The notes: a model not told the origin generated them from the sequence alone. DNA of 64,000 bases from Octopus vulgaris (GCA_951406725.2 OX597816.1:164176001-164240000), one strand, 5' to 3'; positions 1 through 13,095 are shown, counted from the first letter of the stretch. Made by a program: numbers and translations.

Positions 1-210
1 AGGGGCTAAACACAGGGAGGACAAACAAGGACAGACAAACGGATTAAGTCGATTATATCGACTCCAGTGCGTAACTGGTACTTAATTTATCGACCCCGAA
101 AGGATGAAAGGCAAAGTCAACCTCGGCGGAATTCGAACTCAGAACGTAAAGACAGACGAAATACCGCTAAGCATTGCGCCCAGAGTGCTAACGATTCTGC
201 CCGCTCGTCA
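1..210 (-). mobile_element. SINE family B (tRNA-like head, conserved core GACTTTGCCTTTCATCCTTTCGGGGTCGATAAATTAAGTACCAG), B1 tail, cut by window edge
   Basis: Reverse complement closely matches the copies at 19351-19583, 26071-26303 and 53264-53490. Confidence 0.85.
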
Positions 211-923
211 CTCTGCCGCAGTTAAATATTGCTAGGCATTTTGTCCCGATGCTCTTCCGATTCTGTCCATTTCCCCACTTGCTTTTACTGTCTTTAATAT
301 TAAATTAAAACGTTCGCCGAGAAGAAAGATGGCGAATGGAGGTTTGCTGTCGGTTAATTTGAGAAGTCGGAGAAGAGTGGAACAAAACCTTTTTTAGAAA
401 GAAAAACGACAACGAAGAGAAGAGGGTGAGGAGGAGGAGGAGGAGGAGGAATATTGAGTGAAGGGGAGAGGGAAGAGGATTAACTGTGCTATTGTTTGGC
501 AACGGTGGTGATGTTGGCGGCGGTTCATTGATAATGGATGTAAGCAGGAACTGGCAGTTTCGTTCGGAGCAAATAGAATGATGACAATGAAAATTAAATA
601 GATGAACTTGATAAAGAGAGAGAGAGAGAGAGAGAGTGAGAGGGGGGAGGAAGAGAGCGAAGAAAGTGGTAGAAGTGTTGTGCTGTAGAGTGAGACATGA
701 TATAATGTTCATTGAGACCGATTGAAAGAAGTCGTAGAAAAATGTCTTTTAATGAATACAGGTGACCTGAAACCTTCGTAGAACAAGTGATGCCTCCTTG
801 AAAAAGCAGGATTTCAAGGTTTGTGCCGGAAATTCTTTTCACTCTCTCACAACCAACACACATACACACACACAGTAACTCTCTGTCTCAGTCTCTGTCT
901 CTCTCTCTCTCTCTCATAAATAC

Positions 924-1324
924 ATATGCACACATAGACAACACAGACAGCCGTGTAACAACAGAATATGAATGGCCAAGTGGTTTAAGAAGTTCGTTTT
1001 CCATCACCGAAAAACCGAGTTCGATCCGACTGAGTGACGTCTTAAGGATATTTTTTTTTAGTCATTTTTTTTTATCATACCTTGAATGCAGAAATAGCTG
1101 GTGGCTAAGATGTTCGTTTCGCAATATGCACACATAGACAACACAGACAACCGTGTAGCAACAGAATATGAATGGCCAAGTGGTTTAAGAAGTTCGTTTT
1201 CCATCGCCGAAAAACCGAGTTCGATCCGACTGCAAAGATATGTTTTTTTTAGTCATTGGTTTTTTTTTTTTAATCATAGCCTAAATGCAGAAATAGCTGG
1301 TGGCTAAAATGTTCGCTTCGCAAT
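924..1324 (+). repeat. Tandem duplication of a 200-bp unit containing degenerate tRNA-derived SINE heads
   Basis: Units start at 924 and 1124 (ATATGCACACATAGACAACACAGAC). Each has A-box TGGCCAAGTGG, B-box GAGTTCGATCC and a downstream T-run. Confidence 0.85.
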
Positions 1325-1659
1325 CGTGTGAATCCCAAGTTCACACAGTGGCATTAAAGATAAAATATATTTTACTATAGTCTCCAATGAATCTGGAATA
1401 TCCTAAAACCAAAAGCTTGACCCGAATGCTTGCAACAGAATAGATTGAGCCAAAAGTACCCAAGGTACCAGACGGCTGTATCAAACCGGATTAAGTCTCC
1501 CATTCATGTAGATCATGTTAGGATTTGAACTCAGAACGTAGATATCGCAAATTATACAGTCCAACGTTATTTACTGTTCTGCTAATCGACCACCGAGGAG
1601 GTTTTTTTGTTCCCCCACACCCCACCCCAAAAGGACGGGAAACGAAGTTGACCTCGGTG

Positions 1660-1953
1660 ATCGTGAAATCGTGAGTTCGACCCCTAGCGGCGCGTTGTGT
1701 CCCTGAGCAAGGCACTTTATTTCACGTTGCTCCAGTTCACTCAGCAATGCAAAAATGAGTTGTGCATGTAACTGAAAGGGCCAGCCTAGTCACATTTCTG
1801 TATCACACTGAATCTCCCTGAGAACTACGTTAAGGGGACGAGTGTTTGTGGAGTACTCGGCCACTTGCGCGTTAATATCACAAGCAAGCTGTTCGGTTAA
1901 TTCGGTTAATCGTATCAACTGAAACATTCATCATTGTAATCGATGGGGTGCCA
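1660..1953 (+). mobile_element. SINE family C, 5'-truncated and diverged
   Basis: GTGAGTTCGA...TGTGTCCCTGAGCAAGGCACTTTATTTCACGTTGCTCCAG...CTGAGAACTACGTTAAGGG matches the copy at 13276-13594. Confidence 0.8.
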
Positions 1954-2489
1954 GTCGACCCCAGGGCGTTATTGCCAAGAAATTGTATAATTTATAGATA
2001 ACAAATTGATGGACTGGACACGGTTGGAACACCTTTGATCATAGATATTCTCGATCAGCAATGAAAATTGAAGTCGACCTCGGCGGGATTTGAACTCCGA
2101 ACGTAAACAACCTTTTTTTCTGTAGGAATAATAATGGTAATTTTCGACCTAAGTGGACAGACATAATTACGGAAGCCCAATCTGATCATACTTTCAAGTG
2201 ATAAAAAATATAAATGATGCGAGGGGTGAGTGGGGCGGGGGGAAAGACTGGTTTATTGTTTAAACGAAAATATAATTAAATAAACAAAAAATATAAATAG
2301 ATAAATAAACTTTGGAGCATTCCTTCGTAATCATCAGATGTTTTTCAGACTGGAATCAGTCCCTTGTATTTTCTTTCTGTCAATGTTAAACTCGAAATGA
2401 TTATGTCGTCTGCTTGTTACAATTTCTTTTTTTATGATTATTTTTGTTTTGGCGGGTAAAGGTGACTTGTTTTATTTTTATCTTTATTT

Positions 2490-3450
2490 TTATCGGATAC
2501 AAAAAAAAAAATGAGGGAAGAAAGAAAGAAAATATATTAGTGATTTGATGTCTGAGTAAAAGATGTGATTAAATATGAGTGAATAAGTGAAGTTAAGTGA
2601 ATGACGGAATGAAGGAATAAGTAAGAGAATAAGGATGATGAAATCGAAGAAAGAGTTAGGAATACAAAAAAAAAATGAAAAGAAAAACATGAGCCAGGAT
2701 GTAAAAAAATAGAGGTAATGAAGAAAAGTGAGTAAATAAAGACGGAGCTGGAAAATTAGAAGGAAAGAAAAAAACATGGATAAAGAGAATGATGTAATGA
2801 ATAGAATGGAATAGAACAGGAATAAAACTGAATAGTCAGAAAGAGAGGATGAAGAAAGAGACAGAGATTAAGAGAGAGAAGGGGGAGAAAATGGGAATGG
2901 AATAGAAATATTAAAAACTAAAAACAAGAATAGAAGAATGAATGGAGAATATAATGAAAGACATAGTGAATGTGAGCGAGAGTAAAGGAATAGCGGAAGA
3001 AAAAGGAAGAGAATGGAGAGAAAGAGAGATAGAGAGAGTATGAAGTGATGTAGGGTCGAGTAATAGAAATGTTGGGTGGATAAAGAATAAAGGTTGGAAA
3101 GGAATATCAGAATATGGGAAGGGATAAAAGATTGAGAGAGAGATAGATAGAGATTAGAGAGAGAATCTACTGCTTGAGTAGAAAATATATATATAAGATG
3201 GAGAATAAAGGAATACATATTGAAAGGGAGGAGAGAGCGTAAACAGAAAAAGAGAGGAAAGGGCAGTAGTGAGAGTAATGATGATGATAATAATAAAAAG
3301 GAGGAGGAGGAAGGGGAGAGTTAGATGAAAGAGATTGTAAGAAGGAAGTGGATGATTTTTATAAGGAGAGAAGAAAAAAAAAACCGGAGAAACCAAAAAA
3401 CATTATAGATCGTTGAAAGATGACGGCAGAGAGGAAGGCAAAAATCAAAA
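2490..3450 (+). repeat. About 1-kb purine-rich (GA/GAA/GGA) low-complexity tract
   Basis: Strong A/G bias on the + strand; the minus-strand ORFs here are F/L/S/I-rich artefacts. Confidence 0.8.
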
Positions 3451-3904
3451 CAGACGAAGCTGAAATTATATATATCTAGTACATGTGTGTGTGTGTGTGT
3501 AAATGTAGGTATAAGATGTTTGCGTGATATACAAAGGAACAGTTATACATGTATACCTCATGTTATATGTGAGTGTGTGTGTGAAGACATGGAAGGGTTA
3601 AGCACAAAATGGCAACTCGACGGTAAAGATTTGTTTGTTATTTTTAATACTTGTGGTGCCGGGCGGTGATGGTGGTGATGGCGGTGGGCTGCACACGTAT
3701 ATGATTTTGGTGATGATGATGATGATGTTTGTTATAGGTGTATGTGTGTGTCTGGGGGGGGGGGGGAAGACCAAGGGTTGTTGTCGTTATGTTTGATTCT
3801 TCCCTGAGTACGGAGAGAAAATACACTCCAAATATAGGCTTCGATTTGTTAGGAAATAAAAAAAAAATATTGGAACAATACACACACATATGTATGTGTA
3901 TTCT

Positions 3905-4281
3905 TTTCTAGTCTAGGAACAAGGCCCACAATTTGTGGGGAGGGAGCCAGTCGATTAGATCGACTTCAGTACGCAACTGATAATTTATCGACCCCGAAAG
4001 AATAAAAGGCAAAGTCGACCTCGGCGGAATTTGAACTTAGAAAGTAAAGACAAACGAAATACCTATTTCTATTTCTTTACTACCCACAAGGGGCTAAACA
4101 CAGAGAGGACAAACAAGGACAGGCATAGGTATTAAGTCGATTACATCGACCCCAGTGCGTAACTGGTACTTATTTAATCGACCCCGAAAGGATGAAAGGC
4201 AAAGTCGACCTCGGCGGAACTTGAACTCAGATCGTAGCGGCAGACGAAATACCACTACGCATTTCGCCCGGCGTGCTAACT
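3905..4281 (-). mobile_element. Two abutting SINE family B copies: B2-tail copy (3905-4062) and B1-tail copy (4063-4281)
   Basis: The core ATCGACCCCGAAAG..GGCAAAGTCGACCTCGGCGGAA occurs twice with different tails. Confidence 0.85.
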
Positions 4282-4532
4282 TACCACACACCTACTCCAG
4301 TAATATTTATTATATTACAACTCAATTTGTTGCAAAGGTACCTATTGGTTTAGTGTGTTGCACACATGATCGATCGCAAGGTCACTGTCTCGATTCCCGA
4401 ACCGAACTGTATGTTGTGTTCATGAGTAAAACACTTCATTTTGTTCCAGTTCACTCAGCTGGAAATTCCAGCAACAGATGAGAAGTTACCTTTCGGTAGA
4501 CACTTGTGATGACGTAGAATTATCACGACTAG

Positions 4533-4590
4533 CTGACGAGCTGTCACGTGAACCTGTGAGTAACAGTTTGTCACGATGTTTTACTGCTTA
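4533..4590 (+). mobile_element. Degenerate copy of the hammerhead-bearing element at 32236-32540
   Basis: CTGACGAGCTGTCACGTGAACCTGTGAGTAACAGTTTGT aligns without gaps (about 29/39) to the composite CTGATGAACGGCAACGTGAAACTCAGAGTAACAGATTTT; downstream CTGCTTA is also shared. Confidence 0.5.
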
Positions 4591-4595
4591 GCGTT

Positions 4596-4626
4596 GGTAA
4601 AGGACATGGACCGCATCCTCCTTCCG

Positions 4627-4677
<51 letters not shown>

Positions 4678-5596
4678 TAGTTTTATCTTTATCACGTGCT
4701 TTCACTTCATTACTGAGCGCAGCTCTGTGTACCCTGGGTATGTGCTGTGGTTTGCTGTGATGCTCTTATAGTTACTGTATTGAAAGTGTTTTGCGGTGCC
4801 TAGTTGTGCAATTTTCTGTATGTTATATATATTTGTAAGTCCTGGTGTTTTTGTTATGTACTTGTCTGAATATTTTTTTATCATACCTAACGTGTTCACT
4901 ATGATAGGAATTGTTTCTGTTTTTAGATTCCACATTCGAGTTACCTCTATTTCCAGGTCTTGGCATTTTGAAAGTTTCTCCATTTCTTTTAGAGAAACGT
5001 TGTCATCTGCTGGTATTGATACATCAATTACAAAGCATTTGCTTTTCTTCATGATCTCTGACAACTATATCTGGCCTATTGGCCTTAATTTCTCTATCAG
5101 GACTGGGCACCCAAAGATAATATGATTTATTGTTTCTTCTCCATCTCTACATATTCTGCAGTTACTTGTTATTACTTTTATTATTATTTGGTTTATTTCT
5201 ACAGAAATCCACCTTTTCGACTGCGGAGATTTCGAATCTGCAAAGAAAAAATTGGCATTTCAAAATTTTAATCCATCCACCCCCAATTTTTCACTTCTTC
5301 TAGAAATTTCTTTTGGCAAAAAACGTAGAAAAATACGGAGATTATGCTTTTGCGAAAAAAAGGAAACTTTTCTAAAATTTCAATTTTCAAAAAAAAAAAT
5401 AAATAAATAATAATAATAACGAACCCATCCTACTAAAACAGGCATGGTGGGGGGAATTAAAATTTTGAAGTGCCATTTAAAAAAAAAAATTTTTTTGCAG
5501 ATTCGGAATGTCCGCAGTCGAAAAAGTGGGTTTCTGTAGAAAAATTAATAAATAAATAAAAATAACCGAAATTGGGTGCGGTCCATGCCCTTCACC
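4596..5596. mobile_element. Long-TIR MITE / fold-back DNA element whose left arm is split by an R4/Dong insertion
   Basis: Outer IR GGTAAAGGACATGGACCGCATCC (4596) / GGGTGCGGTCCATGCCCTTCACC (to 5596). Inner arms 5196-5285 and about 5448-5542 (TTTCTACAGAAATCCACCTTTTCGACTGCGG / CCGCAGTCGAAAAAGTGGGTTTCTGTAGAAA). Confidence 0.75.
4675..5175 (-). mobile_element. 3' fragment of an R4/Dong-like non-LTR retrotransposon (CCHC zinc knuckle, restriction-like endonuclease, 3' UTR), frameshifted and internally deleted
   Basis: Minus strand encodes CRICRDGEETINHIIFGC (C-x2-C-x8-H-x4-C, 5160-5107), then DREIKANRPDIVV and CFVIDVSIPADDNVSLKEMEKLSK (RLE PD..D..K motif). The 3' end abuts (TAA)n at 4628-4674. 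Confidence 0.88.
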
Positions 5597-6372
5597 TCCA
5601 CCTACAGCTTTAATAAGTAGTATGTATAAGTGTACATATATATATATATGTGAGTGTGTGTGCTTGTGTTTATGGTTGCGTTTGCCCCCACAACCACTGC
5701 TTCACAATTGTAGTTGATATGTTTACATCCCCGTAACGTTACGGTTCGGCAAAAAGTGACGGATAGAATAAGTACCCAGCTTCAGATATGAATGAGTTCT
5801 GGGAGCGATTAGCTCTCGTAAACCTTTCAAGGTCCGCAATCCAAAAACCAGAAAATAAGTAACAGATATAACACGAGACAGACAGACAGACAGACAGACT
5901 GATAGATAGATAAAGAGAGAGAGAGAGAGATTAGTGTGTGTGCATACATATGGTTCATATAAATACTGACATGTGTATTTATGTTTCTTTCCGTGTCGTA
6001 GCGTCCGTCGTCTTCTATTTTAAGTCAACCAGTTCTTTCTCTCTACGCATACAGACAGACATAATGCATGTCGTACTTAGGTAAATACGTGCATGGAATT
6101 GTTATTGAGACAAGAGTTTATTATACGAAGTCGACAGAGAATCCAGATTCCGTTTAAAAGAAAGAAAAACAAAAGAAATAGAAAAGAAAGGATGACGATT
6201 ATATCAACAACAATAACTGGACGGTTAAGGGAATGTATAAACACAAACAAAAATTACGGACCGAATTATGTGTGTGCACAAAATATACATACATACATAC
6301 ATACATACATACATACATACATACATACATACATACGTACGTACGTACGTACGTACGTACGTACGTATGTAT

Positions 6373-6539
6373 GGCATGGCTGTGTGGTAAGAAATTTGAT
6401 TCTCAATCACACTGTTCCAGGTTCAATCCCACTGCGTGGTACCTTTGGCAGGTGTCTTCTACTATAACCTTAGGCCGACCAAATCCTTGTGAGTGGATTT
6501 GGTGGGCGGAAACTGAAAGAAGCCCTTCGTGTCTGTGTT

Positions 6540-6586
<47 letters not shown>

Positions 6587-6612
6587 GTTTCTGTGTCTGT
6601 TTGTCCCCCCTA
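6373..6612 (+). mobile_element. SINE family A, 5' half
   Basis: TGGCTGTGTGGTAAG A-box, GGTTCAATCCC B-box, GAGTGGATTTGGTGGGCGGAAACTGAAAGAAGCC. Confidence 0.8.
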
Positions 6613-6651
<39 letters not shown>

Positions 6652-6855
6652 TATGTATACACATAGATATACATATCGCTGTACATAGACATATCTATAT
6701 ATATATTTGTATATATACACACATACATACATATACATATTTATATTCATACACATAGCTCTCTCTCTCTCTATCTCTCCATATATATATATATATATAC
6801 AGACATATAAATATTTCCATATACACACATACATAAATACACAAATATATATCTA

Positions 6856-6937
<82 letters not shown>

Positions 6938-7510
6938 TATATATCAATAATAATCACCTACACACACACAAGTTTATATACATGTGTGTGTGTGTATGTC
7001 TAGTTAATAGTATATTTAAATGTAAGAACATCCATAGATGAAAATTATATACACAGACATTGCAATATACTTCCCATAATTGTCATCCTATACACACACA
7101 TACACACACACACACACCTTTCTATGTTTACATCAATACAAGTTTAGGAGTTATTTGGAAAGAAAGCATAAATAAATTCAACATACACTGGCTATTATAT
7201 ATAATTTCATTAGCGTATATATGATTATACACCACTTATGTTTCATTATTTCTTTAAATAAATATTTTCCTCCAGAATTCAAATTGTTGTTTCACACTCA
7301 CGCGTGCCTGAATGTTTTAAAATATGTTGACTTTATTTAGAATTTTTTGAATTCTTTGCTTCAAGAAATTGTTGGTTTCTAATAAGGAACCAAACCAAGG
7401 CTCTGTCATTAGAATTTCGCAAACAGTAAAATCTTTTAAATTAAATATTAAGAGAACCTTGCTGAGTTCCACTGTGCTGTTTGCTCTTTTGCTCTTTTAC
7501 TCTGTGCTGT

Positions 7511-7914
7511 TTACTCTTTTACTCTTTTACTTGTTTCAGTCATTTGTCTGCGGCCATGCTGGAGCACCACCTTTAGTCGAGCAAATTGACCCCGGGACTT
7601 ATTCTTTGTAAGCCCAGTACTTATTCTATCGGTCTCTTTTGCCGAACCGCTAAGTGACGGGGACGTAAGCACACCAGCATCGGTGGTCAAGCAATGCTAG
7701 GGGACCAAACACAAACACACACACACACATACATATATATATACATATATACGACAGGCTTCTTTCAGTTTCTGTCAACCAAATCCACTCACAAGGCATT
7801 GGTCGGCCCGGGGCTATAGTAGAAGACACTTGCCCAAGATGCCACGCAGTGGGACTGAACCCGGAACCATGTGGTTGGTTAGCAAGCTACTTACCACACA
7901 GCCACTCCTGCGCC
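7511..7914 (-). mobile_element. SINE family A, full length (tRNA-like head, internal (TA/CA)n, AAAAGAGT-repeat tail)
   Basis: Reverse complement closely matches the copy at 58787-59189. Confidence 0.92.
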
Positions 7915-8205
7915 TATATTGTAGAATATCTGAGAAATGGTCATTTTTTTTTTTTCCTCTGTCTGGAAATTCCAGGTATTTGAGGCCCCGTTGTTTTATC
8001 TTTGTATTTGGTGTTGCCTGTGCTGGAGCACCACCTTGAAGGGTTTAAGACAAACATATCCATCCCAGCACTGATTATTTTATCAGTGTCTTTTGTTGCA
8101 CTGTTAAGTTACAGGGGCGTGGGTAAATAGACCAACCTTGATTGCCATGTGAGGTGGAGAACAAACATATACAGCTATCTATCTGTCTATCTATTGACCT
8201 ATCAG

Positions 8206-8276
<71 letters not shown>

Positions 8277-8292
8277 CTATCAATCTATCTAC

Positions 8293-8325
<33 letters not shown>

Positions 8326-8439
8326 CTTGCAAATAAATGTGTTTACATGTCACATTAATGACTGAGGTTACTGTGGTCTTTTCCATAGGCTTTTCTTTCT
8401 ATGGATAAACCTTATCTACTTCCCCCCTTACACTTTACA

Positions 8440-8590
8440 TCATGATATTTCTGTGATACACGATCCCTATTGATTGTTTTTTCTTTTTCCTTTTTACGAT
8501 CCCTTTGGTCAAAAACCTACCCCAAAAAGAAAGCTCTACTTTGTAATTTGTCCTGTCTGTGTCCAGCCCTGTGTGGCTAATAAAGAAACA
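8440..8590 (+). mobile_element. Putative LINE 3' end with AATAAA, followed by (TATC)n; partial second copy at 9361-9410
   Basis: AGCTCTACTTTGTAAT..GTGTGGCTAATAAAGAAACATA occurs at both loci and resembles the SINE B1 tail. Confidence 0.45.
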
Positions 8591-8600
8591 TATCTATCTT

Positions 8601-8669
<69 letters not shown>

Positions 8670-9240
8670 GTCTAACTATCTAAGCTAGATAATTATCTAT
8701 ATTTATGTATCAATCTATCTATCTATCTATCTATCTGTCTTTCTATATCTATCTATTTATCTAAGCTAGACAGCTATCTCTGTAGCCAGCAAGCTAGATT
8801 CCTTCTTTCATCCACCCATTCCCTTCCACCTCTCTCTCCTTTCTCTTATTTCATTCTACTTCTTCAAATCTTCACAATTTCATTCTACCACCTTTCATAT
8901 TCCTTATTCTTTTCTGGTAACATTACATTTATTCCAAACAGCCTTCACCCATTTTTTCAACACCCCTTAAATCTCTTTAAGATATATACTAATTGTTATT
9001 GCCATATACATGCACATTATATATATATATAGACACACATAATAAATATTCTATTAATAAGATGTAGGAAGAGATGAAGTGTATCAAAAATTGCTGTAAA
9101 CATTATCAATTTTTAATTATCATTATTAAAATTACACTCATATTTTCCATTATGAACATGTGTATAAATTAACTGTCAAAAGTAACTTAGAAGTCCCATT
9201 CAAAAGCTATTTTCATAATGTGTCACTGTCTATATCTATC

Positions 9241-9299
<59 letters not shown>

Positions 9300-9404
9300 T
9301 CTTTTTTTTATAGTTTGAGCTCAGAGCTGTGGCCATGCTGATGCACCACCGTTATATATAGAGCTCTACTTTGTAATCTGTCCCGTATGTGTGGCTAATA
9401 AAGA

Positions 9405-9435
<31 letters not shown>

Positions 9436-9766
9436 CATTGTCGTCGTTTAATGTCCACTTTCCATGCTAGCATGGGTTGGACAGTTTCACTTAGGAGTGG
9501 CAAGCCAGAAGGCTGTACCAGGCTCAAATCTCTATATATATATATATATATACACACACACATATGTGCATGTGTATGTGTATTTTTATGTAAATATATA
9601 TACATTTTTACGGAGTAAGAGAAAGATATCTATGAATACATATCTACACAATAACACATACATGTATGTATGTATGTGTACATACATGCATGCATACATA
9701 CATAACAAGTGTTCTATCATACAAATAAAAATACATACACACACATCTATATACATACAATTGCAA

Positions 9767-9807
<41 letters not shown>

Positions 9808-9920
9808 TTTTTTTTTTTTTTTCTTCTCTAGTTTCAGCTCAGAGCTGCGGCCATGCTGATGCACCGCCGTCTTGTGCTACACTGTTATTACGGAGAACCT
9901 CTTCTAATATGTGGCACTTG

Positions 9921-9990
<70 letters not shown>

Positions 9991-10678
9991 TACATACATA
10001 CACACGCACATGAAACGTACCACAAAACAGATGCTGCACTTTATTTCTTTCTAATCTGATTCCGTTATACATTTTTTGAAGCATCGTCCAAGTCCATGTG
10101 ACATATGATATAAACAAATAATAATAACAACAACAACAACAATGATAATAATCATAAACATCACCACCATTATTAATGTTGGTTAGATGATGGCCTTGTC
10201 TACCTTAGCTCTACTTCTATTATGCATTTCCCTGCCAGGAACTTCTTTTTTCTCTACTCAATATATACACTCCATTTTTTTCACCAAGTTCACATACATA
10301 CATATATGTACAAGTATGTATGCATGCATGTATGTATATATATATATATAGGTATATATGTTTCATATGCTCAGCTGGGATATGATATTTGCCTAACACC
10401 TCCTGCAGTGCCCCTATCCACATGATGTGAAGAAGTCTTCAGCATTGACAGGCAAAAAAAAATCCCCCAAAATAACAACAAAAAAAAGAAACAAAAAAAA
10501 GATACAAAAAAAAACAAAGAAGCTATCTTCAACTTCACTCTTCTTCATACTACTTTTCTTTTTTGTATCATTGACACAAACTCAAAGACCCACATACACA
10601 GAGGCATGTGTATACACACACAAACACACACGTCAAAACTCCGTTATTGGCTCTGTTTCACTTTCTTCCCCACCTCCA

Positions 10679-10721
<43 letters not shown>

Positions 10722-11093
10722 GTATGTATATATAATATATATATATAATACATATATAATACTACATACATAAATGCACACACCTACACACGCACATATA
10801 TATATAAATATATATATATACACATATATTTACATACACATATACATATAGTGTATATATATCACCACCATCATTTTCATGTATATATACATAAATGTGT
10901 GTGTGTATATATATATATATATATGTGTATGTAAATATATGAGTATGTGTGTGTACATATATGTGGATAGACATACATATACGTATAAATATGCATATCT
11001 ATCTCTACCTAATATATATATGTGTGTGTGTGTGTGTATGTGGATAGAAATACATATATGTATAAATATGTATATCTATATCTACCTACCTAC

Positions 11094-11129
<36 letters not shown>

Positions 11130-12073
11130 GTACTTTCTGTATAAATACATATATGCGTATGTATGTGATCATGGATTGTTTTATACAGAATTTTGTGTAT
11201 CCTATGTTTGTTTTTCTCTCAATCTAATTCATTTAGCCCCCTCCCCCATCCCTACTTATCTCACTCTCATCCCCCCCCCCCACACACACACACACTGCCT
11301 GCATATTGTAATTATACATATATCTGTATGGTAGTGTGTTTATTTTTGTAGATGTAAGTATGTATATGTTACAATGCTACAAAACAAAACAAAAAATAAA
11401 AAGAGAGAGAGAGAGAAGGGAAAATTATTCGAGAGAAGTAAAATATATAAAAAAAAGCCAACAAAATGTGGATTCCAAGGATTGAGGGGAAACAAATAAA
11501 AAAAACTAACAAACACAACAAAAGAAAAAAAAAATCGGTAAAAAATAAACCCCCCAAAAAAAGGTAGAGAGTGAACCAAGGAGAGTGATGACTCTCTTCT
11601 GTCATGAAATGAACAGCTTGCCCTAAGTTTTCACATTCTGGGAGTTCTTCAAAGAATTATAATGTTGGGTCAAACTGAACCGAAGCCAACACTCACTTGC
11701 TTAGAGAGAGAGACAAACACACACACACACACACACACACATGGCATTGCATACTTAGATATAGCCTCCTATAGTGAGCATACGCACTTGTATTTTATGT
11801 GCGTATGTGTATGTGTGTGTGTGTGTGTGTTTTTATAGGGATTCATCTGCTAAAAGTCAGGTAGATAGATGACAAGTAAGCGCAAAGATAGCAGGATGAT
11901 GTGCATTTGTAGTTTTTTAGTGGGTATTACATTGTATTACTGATACACATATATATGTATATATATATATATATATATACATATACACACACACACACAT
12001 GTACACATAGATATATGATGACAATAATGTACGTATATATATATGTGTGTGTGTATATATATGTATAGATATA

Positions 12074-12143
<70 letters not shown>

Positions 12144-12148
<5 letters not shown>

Positions 12149-12208
12149 GATCCAAACATGAACAAGCAAGAAAAAACAACGCGAGGACATGGAATAAGTA
12201 CAGTGTTA
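12144..12208 (-). mobile_element. Fragment of the short (TA)n-embedded element seen at 61438-61603
   Basis: AACATGAAC..ACAACGCGAGGACATGGAATAAGTACAGTGTTAT resembles AACATGAAAACACAACAATGCGGGGACGTGGAACAAGTATAGTATTAT; flanked by (TA)n. Confidence 0.6.
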
Positions 12209-12214
12209 TATATA

Positions 12215-12250
<36 letters not shown>

Positions 12251-12413
12251 TGTATGTATGTACACATATAAATGTGTGTGTGTGTATAAATGTGTGTGTG
12301 TCTATACATGTATGTTTGTCTGTATTTATAATCACATATTGCAAAGATGAGTAGTCATCATATCAGAAAAAAGTCAGTGTGTGAATATGTTTATCTATTT
12401 GTGTGTATGTGTG

Positions 12414-12457
<44 letters not shown>

Positions 12458-12781
12458 TGTGCATTTATGCATGTGGAAATATGAATGTGCGTGTGTTTGT
12501 GAATAGATAGGCAGGTGCATTTGTGTGAGTGTATGTATACAAAGTTTACATGTGCTCTGTTTGAACACACACATATATACAATGTATATGTATATATTTG
12601 TATATATTTATATATATAAATGTTGAGGTATGTTTAGATATTTATGTGCATGGAGGGGCAGATAGATGTAGAGATTCATTGCCAGCTCTTACTTTCCTGA
12701 CAATATGCATACGTATGTATAGGAGTGTGTATATATGTATGTGTGTCATTGTGTGATAGATACATATTACAAAACATTTAA

Positions 12782-13095
12782 ACACCTGTATATGATCTAT
12801 TTGAAAAGCTCATAGCAAGTGAAACATAAGGCCAACTGTAATGAATCACAATTATCTCAAAGTAAGACATAATTACATTCTCAATGTCTAACTCTTGAGT
12901 CATTCAATTGGGTATGATATGCAGTTTTTGCATAGCATTAGCAATTATATATATGTATATGTGTATATAAATGTATGTCTAAGTATCTACAAACCATGGA
13001 TACACCCATATATGATGTATTTAAAAAGTTCACAGTGAGTGAAACATAAGGCCAAGTGTAATGAATCACATTTATCTCAATGTAAGACATAATAA
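12782..13095 (+). repeat. Diverged local direct duplication (about 95-bp match, 220-bp period)
   Basis: AGTGAAACATAAGGCCAA.TGTAATGAATCACA.TTATCTCAA.GTAAGACATAAT near 12818 and 13038. Confidence 0.8.
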
